Below are positions 45,801 to 57,800 of a stretch of 64,000 nucleotides of DNA, piece by piece. Within the stretch, counting starts at the first letter, position 1; each line of letters begins with the position of its first letter. A model generated the notes under the pieces. That model was given only the letters and a program-made list of their open reading frames with translations, was not told the DNA's origin and ran no database searches. The position numbers and the translations under genes were made by a program. The DNA lies in contig CM119381.1 in NCBI GenBank assembly GCA_051294905.1, forward strand, positions 19,282,001 through 19,346,000, read 5' to 3'. The stretch is from Botryllus schlosseri. Lineage: Eukaryota.

Positions 45801-48800
45801 TCTTGAAATACATTCGCGGTGTTGTTATTTGAAGACACGGATTTTAGTTATCTGCATTATATCATCTTACGTTAACATCGGACCCATTATTTGACACATC
45901 CTCCACTCATTGTATCGGTAAAACTTATGGAAGATAGTGTGGAATATTGTGTGCTCAATTGCTCAACAATGATTTAATTAAGAACATCATTCGCAATCAG
46001 GTGAAGCAATTATTATGCCATCGTAGTGGGGCTGAGTGCTAGATTTTTTAATTTAAATTTTTTAATTGTCCCATTGCTGGACCAGATCAGATACTAAAAG
46101 CTCTTGTTTCTCCTAATATCGAACTATTGAGATAATGATATTGGGAAACTGTGGGAATACAGAATGTAATCGATGGATGGTATTATTAAATCAAATATGA
46201 CGAAGGATTTGAATCTATTCTAACAGTTGAATTGTGCGTCGTTTCTCATGGATAGTTGGATTACAATTGTATTTTCACGCACAAGTTTAGACCGCCAATA
46301 CCGGCCAACGTTTTGGCATTACTTTTCGATCTGCAGTCTATTAAAACGCAAGTCTCCGCCGCCGATCTTGCGACTGTGAACAATAATGCGGTCTTATCCT
46401 GCCCTTGTTCCCGATATCCGTGTGACAATCGGTATGCAAGTTGCTTAATTGACATGTAGCGCTGTTAATGTGGAATGGATGCACGGCTTGCTAGACTAAT
46501 CGGTTTCGGCGATGTTCATCCTAATCTTAGCCTTGCTAACTATCTAGAGCTGCCGGGGTGGTAGTGGAGTTCTTTGCATCTTTCATTCACTTACCGCACC
46601 TTTGAAATCATGCTTTTATTGCTCGCACCATCGTCCCTCGTCACTACACCCGCGACTGTGCCTTTTCACGTGGCTGCTACGTGTGCTTATCAATTGCCAT
46701 TCTCTTTTTTTCTTTTGCTGGACACGGCAGATGGATAACTATTCCAACTATGAGGAGGAAATATTAAATGATATAGAACGGCAGCAACGCTTAGCTCTTA
46801 AACTGGGGTAAGATCGGTTGATTGGAAAATTGTGCGAAAATTGTGCATGCTCGCATTTTCGACCGTGTCGCCATGTATTTTCGGTGTGTTATCAGGTTTG
46901 TGGCGGGAGTAGTTGCCCGCGAAAAAGTACCGGCATTCGAGCGTATTCTGTGGCGCGCTTGCCGGGGCAACGTGTTTCTCCGATATACCGAGATCGAGAC
47001 TCCGCTTGAAGACCCACACACAGTGAGAAGTGATTGTTAATTGTGCTTTTAATTGACGCGAATCACGTTTTTCTTTCTGCGCAGGGCGACCGTCTGTACA
47101 AGTGCGTTTTCATAATCTTTTTTCAAGGCGACCAGCTGAAAAATAGAGTGAAAAAAATCTGTGAGGGGTCAGTGAACTGTAGCAATTTCTATGAGTTTGC
47201 ATATTTTGTAAGATGTTTTTTCTACGTAGATTTCGCGCTACTCTTTATCCTTGTCCCGAAACGCCGCAAGAAAGAAGAGAAATAGCTATTGGAGTTATGA
47301 CGCGCATCGACGACCTTCAACACGTAATTCGGTCGTAATTTGCGTTTTTTCCGGCTCTTTCCAATCCCTCTTTCAGGTCCTGAGTCAAACGGACTCCCAC
47401 CGTCGCAGAGTGCTTTCCGAGGTGGCGACAAACTTACGCGTGTGGTTCATCAAGGTACGGCAATCTGGTACTTTCAATTCTTCCTGTTTTGCCCCTGCTT
47501 AATGTTGAATTGTAGACATGTGGCGTATGGAGACATATTTGGTCCTAGAAGTTTTGAAAACTTGACTTGTGACGTATTCAGGTTCGAAAGATCAAAGCCA
47601 TCTACCACACTCTCAACATGTTCAATGTGAACATTGCACAAAAATGCTTGATCGCCGAATGCTGGTGTCCCGTTGATGACCTTGACAAAATTCATCTAGC
47701 ACTACGCAGAGGCACCGTAAGTCTCCACCTTTCCTGTCCGCAAATATGAGAGATGTGACAGATTCAATTTTTCATGTAGGAAGCCAGTGGCTCTTCCGTT
47801 CCTTCGATCTTGCACAGAATGTCTACCAAGCGCGAACCCCCTACGTTCAATCGCGTCACTCCTATGTCGTCTGCGTTTCAAGGCATGGTCGACGCTTACG
47901 GCGTGTCGAATTATCGGGAAGTCAACCCAGGTTTGTTGAATCGTGATGGGACTTTTCGTCAAGCTCGCCTTGTAAATTGTGAATACTATGCGTTTTTCAG
48001 CGCCGTTTACGATAATTACGTTCCCTTTTCTGTTTGCGGTCATGTTTGGTGACTTTGGACACGGTATCATCCTATTCCTGTTTGGGATTTGGATGGTGAT
48101 GTTTGAGCGACGACTTGAGAAGTTTAGCGACAGTGAGGTACCTACCGGCATCTACGTTTAAGACTCGCTTATTTCAAAACGTGCTCAATTCTCTTTCAGT
48201 TTTGGGTGATGATTTTCGGGGGAAGATACATCGTGCTGCTGATGGGATTGTTTTCTATTTACACGGGATTCCTGTACAACGAGTGCTTTTCAAGATCGTT
48301 GAACGTGTTCGGCAGTGCTTGGAACACAAGCGCTATGCCGGAATACTGGTACATCATCTTGTAAATGAATATGGCTGGATGGGAATTACTCTTTATGTTG
48401 TACCGTTAGGCAAGACGAACTTACCAATCAGAATATCAAAGTTCTCGGTTTGGATCCGAATGTGTCTGGCGTTATGAGAGGATCTGGCGGCGAATATCCT
48501 TATGTGATAGGAGATCCATACCCATACGGAATGGACCCGGTATGATATTTGCTGATTATTAGAACTGTGAATCATGTTACTGGTAATGTCATCACAGTGA
48601 CTTCTCTTAAAAGGTGTTTTCTTTTGTCACATTTCGGTTTCCATCGCTAATGTTGAAGTTGGCTTGTGTATTCTGTTAGGTACAGTAATAGCAGTATATT
48701 AGCGTTCAAATTTGTGTGGGCACAGTTGGTAGTCTGTCTTGGTCTTTAATAGGGAGGAAATTGTGTCATTAGCATTCATCATCATTACCATCTCGTGGGG

Positions 48801-51800
48801 TGCTTTCCTGTTGCTTTTTGGTGTGATGTATATTGTAGGGATGGTGTGAACCTCTGAAAGGTTCCAGTTTGTGTGAACGCGAACCTTTTTGAAAGGTTCT
48901 GTGTGAACGCGAACATGAACCTCATGACGTCATATTGCTAATTCCAACCCTACATTTCAGTTAAGTGATAGCCTATATTAATGTACACTTACAGTTGTAC
49001 ACGATACCTAGCAACGACTCGGGCCACATAATGCCATAATGCTTAAGTAGGCTACATCCTGACATTTTAAACGTCGCCAAATGTATTAACTATTGGGCAA
49101 TCAAATATAATATAATATAATAATCATTGTCTTCAGTCGCTTTGCCAACAATTTCGACGAGGACTTGGAAGGGAATATAAGCTTACGCGTTAACGGTGTA
49201 GGCCAGACCGGACTATGTATTCGGCGTCTGAGTATTGCTACGTTGATATTGAGCAGAGTGTAATACGAGTTTCTACACTTGCTATCGATATTACCACATT
49301 AGCAAGTTATACAGCATTAGCCAACACCCCAATCGCACGGATTTGATTGAAGTGATACAATTAAACATATGATGAAATCAAGATTGACCCGTACGCATGC
49401 TAGATTTTTCTACATCAGACTACGATATCAATTTCATTGATTGGTTGAATAAGCAATTAAGCATTATTCGCAGACTACCTAGGTAGCGTATTTCGCTTTT
49501 GATGTTGTGTGATTGCCCGTCAAGCTCACAGCAGAGAAACACTAAATATTCACAAAACGGAAAGCTGGATACTTCGAGCAAACTTCAAACAAATTGGTGC
49601 ATGCTTGTTTAGTGTTGATTCTTCTATGCTGCCAGCGCCATTCATAGAGTTGTCCGCAGTTGAAATGCTATAAATTGTAACCAAAAATGTTGGAATGACG
49701 TCAAAATTGTGATATATGAAAAAGGTTCACAGTGCAGAACCTACCAAGGTTCGTTTGGGGCAATTCCCTGCACAGACAACCGATGTTCCCACCACTACCT
49801 CTCCAAATCTCCTGAAATTTGGCACACGCACAGATGAGCTAATTCCAAACAGGATGAACTTTATTTTATGAAAATTGGACTTGGGGGTCAAAAGTTACGT
49901 CACTTTGAAAATTGACAATTTTCTGCTCATTTCGGGTCGGCACTTTCGGGTTTTATCAATGCAATATTCAAGAAGGTGTAGCTAGATGTTAGACGACAGT
50001 TGAGATACGGTACTTGGATTTATCTGAAGCTTGTCTGATCGTCTATATTTCCAAGTAAAATTTAATGCCCTGTAGGTTAGGGTCAAAGGTTAAATTGAGG
50101 GGGAATTTGGTCAATGGTCTAAAATCAGTCAGGCGTTACACGATTTAGACTGCGGATTGCTCAAAAACATATTAAAATATTTTGGAAGTTAGGATCTTAA
50201 ATGAAAGTTTGCGTCAAGGAGACTTCGTTCATAGCTGTTTGATTTTGGCTATTAGACTGTAAAGTGATGAAATTGCAGTTTCAAGAGCACACTTCATTTG
50301 CACATGGAAATGCAGTAGTAGTAGGGTGCGTTCGGACATCGAGTCTGGGGTGTGTGTGGACATCATGTCTGGGATGTGTTCCGACATCATGTCTTGGGTG
50401 TGTTCGGACTGTGCTGCCATTGAAACGTAGTGTCTGGGGTGAGTTCGGACTGTTTTGCCCCTCGGACATCGTGTCTGGGGCGGGTTCAGACAGTTTTGCA
50501 ACTCGGACATAGGGCCGAGGGTGTGTTCGGAATGTGTTGCCATTCGGACATCGTGTCTAGGGCGTGTTCGGACATCATGTCAGGGGTGTGTTGCTACTCG
50601 GGCATCGTGTCTGGGGGGGGGGCTCGGACATCATGCCTGGAGTGTGTTAAGATTGTGTTGTCAATTGGACATCGTGTCTGGATATTTTTCTGCTGCGCCA
50701 GATATGCCTCAGACCTGATAACTGCGCACAATTCTTATCCAGACATGCTCCGGAGTTGATGCCTGCGTACTAAATACCTTCAGGCATTGTCCGAAACGGA
50801 TATCTGCTCACTTAGTGGACACAGACATACGTCAGACGTGATACCCGCATACTAAACGACGCGTGACCTATATATGACCTCTTTATTTGCGGTTTTTGCT
50901 TATATCTGCGAGAGCTGGGTATATGCACAGTAGTGATAGCTGAGTATATCCACATCCACAGTAGTGATAGCTGAGTATATCCACAGCTATCACTACTCTG
51001 GATATACTCACCTCAACTATCACAGATATCACTACTGCGGATGTGGAAATACTCAGCTATCGCTACAGTGGATATACTCAGCTATCGCTGATATCAACCA
51101 AAACCGCAAATATAGAGGTCATAGGTCAAACGTCGTTTAGGACACGGGCATCACGTCCGACGCATGTCTATGTCTATCAAGTGCGCAGATATCCGGTTCG
51201 GACCATGCCTGTGGGTATTTAGCACACAGGTATCAGCTCCGGAGCATGTCCGGATAAAAATAGTGCGCAGATATCAGGTCTGAGGTGTTCGGATTGTTTT
51301 GCAACTCGGACATCGTGTCTTGGGGTGTTCAGATATTATGTCTTGGGTGTGTTCGGACTGTTTCGCAACGCGGACATCGTATCTGGGGGGAATTCGAATT
51401 GTGCTGTCACTCGGACATCGTGTCTGGAAGGTGATCGGACATCATGCCTGTGGTGTGTCCGGACTGTGTTGTTACTCAGACATCGTGTCTGGGATATGTT
51501 TGTGATGCGCCAAACATGCCTCAGACCTGATATCTGCCACTATTTTAATCTGGACAGTGGACATGCGTCGTAGCTCTTACCTGCGCACCAAATACCCCCA
51601 GGCATATTCCGAATCTGATATCTGCGGGCTTAAGGGACACATACAATATACATGCGTCAGACGTGATACCCGCGTCCTAAACGACATTTGACCAATATAT
51701 GACCTCTATATTTGCGGTTTTTGCTGATATCTGCGATTGCAGGGTATATCTACAGCAGTGATAGCTGAGTATATCCACATCCACAGTAGTGATATCAGTG

Positions 51801-54800
51801 ATAGCTGAATATATCCACAGTAGTGATAGCTGTGGATGTACTCAGGTATCACTACTGTAAATTTGGATATACTCAGCTACCACTACTGTGGATATACCTA
51901 GCTATCGCAGATATCAGCAAAAACGCGTCGTTTAGGACGCGGGCATCACGTCTGACGCATGTCTGTGTCCAGATATCCGTTTCGGACAATGCCTGAAGGT
52001 ATTTAGTGCGCAGGCATCAGCTCCGGAGCACGTCTGGATAAAAATAGTGCGCAGATATCAGGTCTGAGGCATGTCCGGCGCAGCACAAACATATCCCAGA
52101 CACCATGTCCGATTGACAACACAATCCTAACACACTCCAGGCATGATGTCCGAACCCCCCCCCCCCACCCAGACACGATGCCCGAGTGGCAACACAGTCC
52201 TAACACACCCCTGACATGATGTCCGAACATGCCCTAGACACGATGTCCGAATGGCAACACATTCCGAACACACCCTCGGCCCGATGTCCGAGTTGCAAAA
52301 CTGTCCGAACCCACCCCAGACACGATGTCCGAGGGGCAAAACAGTCCGAACTCACCCCATACACTACGTTTCAATGGCAACACAGTCCGAACACACCCAA
52401 GACATGATGTCGGAACACATCCCAGACATGATGTCCACACACACCCAAGACTCGATGTCCGAACGCACCCTACTACTACTGCATTTCCATGTGCAAATGA
52501 AGTGTGCTCTTGAAACTGCAATTTCATCACTTTACAGTGTAATAGCCAAAATCAAACAGCTATGAACGAAGTCTCCTTGAAGCAAACTTTAATTTAAGAT
52601 CCTCTTTTCCAAAATATTTTAATATGTTTTTGAGTAATCCGCAGTCTAAATCGTGTAACGCCTGACTGATGTTAGACCATTGACCAAATTCCCCCTCAAT
52701 TTAACCTTTGACCCTAACCTACAGAGCATTAAATTTTACTTGGAAATATAGACGATCAGACAAGCTTCAGATAAATCCAAGTGCCGTATCTCAACTGTCG
52801 TCTAACATCTAGCTACACCTTCTTGAATATTGCATTGATAAAACCTGAAAGTGCAGACCTGAAATGAGCAGAAAATTGTCAATTTTCAAAGTGACGTAAC
52901 TTTTGACCCCCAAGTCCAATTTTCATAAAATAAAGTTCATCCTGTTTGGAATTAGCTCATCTGTGCGTGTACCAAATTTCAGGAGATTTGGAGAGGTAGT
53001 GGTGGGAACATCGGTTGTCTGTGCAGGGAATTGCCCTTTGTGAACGTGAACCTCTAAATTTCCGAGGTTCACACACAGAACGCGAACGTGAACCTCACGT
53101 TCACACCATCCCTAGTATATTGTCTTGTGCTTAGCACTTGACATGGACCAGAAACTAAACAAAATTGACTTTAATGATAAATCTTGGATGCGCATAGCAG
53201 ACGTAGACAATTTATGTGGTAAGTTCTCCGTTCATGAACCAGACTGGCCAATTTGGTGCATGAAACATGAAACCGCTACTCGTTTTCTCGTTGATAAATT
53301 TCAAATACTAAAAGATGACATATGGCAAAAAGTAATCTACCATATCAAATCTGAGTGAGATAAATTTGAATAGTTATCATCTTTAACATCGGCTCGCTGT
53401 CTTGTTCCACAGACGAAATTGACTGCACGTTGTTTTATTACTGTTTCGTTCGATTTCAGATTTGGCAAATGGCCGAAAACAAGATCACCTTTCTGAACAG
53501 TTACAAGATGAAAGGATCCGTTATTATCGGGGTCACGCATATGATGTTCGGTCTCGTTCTTAGCTTGATGAATTACTTGTGGGTTTTTGTGCGACGGTAA
53601 AATCTGTGCTCAAAGTCGGCTTGACGAAACTTTTTATTTCGGTAGATATTTCAAGAAGACGCTGAACATTTACACGGTCTTTGTCCCTCAACTGCTCTTC
53701 ATCAACGCGATATTCGGATACCTGGTGCTGGTCATTTTGTACAAATGGATCGCTTGGGGCGCTTATGACTCGCAGGTGTGTTAGCCGGCCAACAGTTGCT
53801 TTCTAGTATCGTGTCTTGAATTTCTTGTAAGAAATTGAAAGGTGGGCCGATCGAAGCACTTCTACGAAAATTGGATGCCCGAGTAGATAACCTGTATGAG
53901 CGATGTTTTCATTTTTGCTACCTGATGAACAATGCTGATGTTTACTGTGCATGTTGCAGTCAATTTTGGGAGTCGTGTTTTAATCGAGTATGGATTTCCT
54001 CTACAGACCGCTCCTAGCTTGCTCATCGGTCTTATCAACATGTTCATGTTCAAAGCGCCGGAAGTGGAACTGTATCCTGGGCAGCATGGTTTTGAGATAT
54101 TTCTTGTACTAGTCGCCGGGCTTTGCGTACCTTGGTTGCTACTCGTAAAGCCGTATATCTTGTACAAGAGACACAAGCTTGAAACGAATCGGGTAAAACG
54201 TTCATCCTTGTTTGTCGTGCCAATGCTGTTGATAGCTTTGTGATGTTGTTGCTAGTTTCGGTGTAGTCTGCCGTGTTTGTTAAAGGTACAAGTGCGATGT
54301 ACCATATTTCCTATGTAGATGACTGGTGGTATTGATTCATTGATTTTCTCTGAAACAGTATTCATTGAACGCCATATGGTAGATGTGTGTGCACAGCATG
54401 TCCGGGGAATATTCGGCATCCGATCGAACGCCTAATTCATGTCTTGCGTGACATTGACTTTATCAATTATTCATTGTTTCAAATCTTCAATTTCTCGATA
54501 GATAATAATTCAACTGCAATAATTGTGCTGAATGACAGATCTTCCTTGTATTGACCGGCCATGATATCAGCGCCACTTAATTCCACACGATTCTAGCTTA
54601 GTAGTTTTCGGATTCGACATTCAGCTCGAAGCAAGTTTTCTTTTGTAATCCTCAATTTCATTTCGAGGACAAATACTCCACACTGAGCAAATATTTTACC
54701 CTTGTTGAGTGAATTATTCACGATAGCCTTGACGCTATGTTCTGATCCATGCCAATTCTGTATCACTCTTCTAAAGTGCCCTACTTGGGTCCATATTTGA

Positions 54801-57800
54801 GATCAATTGCTCTAGAAGCAGTTTGATTTTGACCTTTAGTCAAGGTTTTCATTCGTTAATTAGTTTGTAGTGATTTTTCTTAGCCTAGCAATTTGTCACT
54901 GCATGCTATACTACTTTCACTACTAAACTTTGTGTTGCACAGTAGTAATTCTTGTCACTTTGTTTTGTCCTTTCCAACTCTAGCACGTGTTGCACGTTGA
55001 TCCTGTCATCAACCCTGGTTCATCTATGTCAAGTCGGTCTATGGTATGTTATGCTCTGTTCATGATCACTTTTATATCCACCTATTTCTTGTTTCTTATG
55101 CATTGAATATATGGAGTGGACTTACCTGTCGTCATGTTGTATTTGATGGACATAAGTAATCAATGATATATCAAAAACATACCTACTATAAGTCAAAAGT
55201 TATTTTTCTGCACTTCTACGCCAAATTTATTCTTTCTCGTCTTGCTTGGATAGCATCTATTTCGATTGTTTGCTGGCTGTATGCCTATTTTTATAGAGTT
55301 GCTTGCAAACTGCATTAGGCCATGATGCATTACAGCATTCCGTGAGGGAATTTTATTTTAGTCTTGAGACCCCAATTTTTTTCTGCATAGCTATCCTTTT
55401 GCAATTTGACTAAGTAATTATGTATGCGCCATTTGATCTATTCTGATGGGCAGGCGGATTTGATGGTCATGTTATTTTCAACTTGACATTGCCCACAGAG
55501 AATAATTCACAATGCTCGCTAATCACACTGCATATAGCAATCAATTTGTGATTCGAGGTAGTAATTGATCGAGAGATCACTCTAAATAACGCATCCAATC
55601 CAAGGTAGATGTTTCGCAATCCAATTCGGTTGATTGTGGATCAACTATCCCGATGTTAGACATTCTGTGGAGTGCTAGTTTATGGAATTGATTTAATTTC
55701 CGGTTTGTTGCAATGCCATAACAATATGTGCTAGCTTGCATTGTAGTTTTAGTAATGGTGAATTGGTGCTATCAAATTGATACATGTAGTATCATTGCTA
55801 GTATAAGCGTATTGCAGTTTGGTAGTGTTTGATCATAGCACGTTCATGATACATTTTGGAAGGCCTAAGAATTCGCTTGACTATTGTTTTGTTTACCATA
55901 AAGACCATTAGGTTATTGGCATCCGACAATCCATTGTTTCGTTAGTTCTAACAACATCAGAGCGCTAACAAGGTGCAGCATGTCATCAATTCGTCACCGG
56001 GATAGTTTATGTAGCACTTTACATATTCAGAATGCATGGAAGGCAATACTTCATAATATGACATCTAGATGTAGGGTAGTCAGTGATGTATATAATAAAG
56101 TATTATATGCATTGCGAAGACTGCTGCATTATCGACAAGATATGTATGCTGCCTTCAATTATAATGAAATATGAAGTAACAGTTCTAACCCATTCCATTT
56201 TACCTTATACCAGCCATTTTACAATGACTCCTCAATATTAACTTGACCCTAGCCCCAGTTTGATAAATGGCATCTCTGGTCAACATATGTCATGCTTTTA
56301 ATAATCGAGACCTGGTTCAACTAGCCACAACCCTTTCTTCACCTGATCATAGGCGATTTATTGTGGGGACTAATGTTATGTATATGTAATTATGATTTAG
56401 TAAAGCCGGGACCGGGACATGTTGAAGTTATCCAAACATCACATTTGTCAATAGGTGACGGTAAAATAGACGATCGACACACGGTAGTAAATATTTGGAT
56501 ACTGAACAGGCGATTAGCAGTATATCGGCATGAAGTACTACCAAGATTTACCCCATGAATTTACTGCAAACTGTGAATTATAACATTCATCTTATCGTTG
56601 GATAGGGCGCAGCGACTTACGGTGATATCAGCGTCACCGTAGACGTCGACAGCGACGATGCGCCCATCATTCAGCATGACGCTTTGGACTTTGGTGAAAG
56701 CAGTACAGATGATGACGAAAATGAGCGCGAGGAGGTATTGTGATGCTGGTCTTCCGTACCAAGTCATTTGCTGTAAGCGTGACCTTGTTTTCAGTTCGAT
56801 ATGACGGAAATCATGATTCATCAGATGATCGAAACGATTGAGTATTGTCTGAGTTGCATCTCTCACACTGCGTCGTACTTGAGATTGTGGGCACTCAGTC
56901 TCGCTCATGCAGGTATTTTGTTTACTCATAGTACAATGAAGCCCACTATGTCGAGCACCATGCTGCAAGTCATAATGCGAAAAATGCATTGCCTATGATA
57001 CTCTCACTCATGTATCAAAATACTCTGATTGTGTTATTTTGATTTATGCTCATGCAAAAGTAACATTGGTATTTGCGCTGTCACATAGAAAATTATACGA
57101 TAGTGTCAAATGGGAATTAGAATAGATTGAATCATTCTTTGAATTTTATAAACGTAGCTTGAACTTGTGTAGTTCAAGGTTCCTCTAGGCAAAATCTGTT
57201 TCAAAAAGAAACCTTATTGAAATATTAATCAGACTCTTACATAGGAATCTGGTCAATAGGGGTCGAAAGTTAGTAAATTAATTTTTAATGCTTCCAAGTT
57301 TGAATAATTTGCAGTTTTCAGCTTCCTATTGGTGCTTTTGTTGGATAGGCCCTATAACATTTAAGTTGCTGTTCCGCAGTTTCAAGTGGAATCAATGATC
57401 AATCCGTCAATGATTTTTAATTATTATGCATCACTACCAACACAAAAAGCTATTGTGATGGCAGTTCTGTCAGGTTTGAAGTGCTAAAATGAAGTTGGCC
57501 ATATACCACCTGCAGCCTGTAGCACGAAATTACTAGCTCCTCTAATCCTAGATTTTGCTAATCTGACAAATCTCAACTTCAATTTGAACCATGTCGATTC
57601 CATTCTCACTCATTCCATTTCAGAACTGTCAGAAGTGTTGTGGACGATGGTAATGCATATTGGCCTGTCGATTTCAGGACCGTTGGGCGTTATTCTGAAT
57701 TTTCTGATATTTTGGTAAGTAAAAAGAAATCTTTTCGGATCATTGATTTGTGTGCTAAATATATCTTGTGATAAATGTGGGTTGTTCTAAATTCGTTATG

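Noticed and set aside
50229-52565. Cluster of 60-110-aa ORFs and a CRISPR-like pattern of repeated CGGACATCGTGTCTGGG units
   Set aside because: These are subrepeats of the foldback TIRs. The ORFs are mirror images across the palindrome, the intervening sequences are short and similar to each other, there are no cas genes, and the context is a eukaryotic intron.
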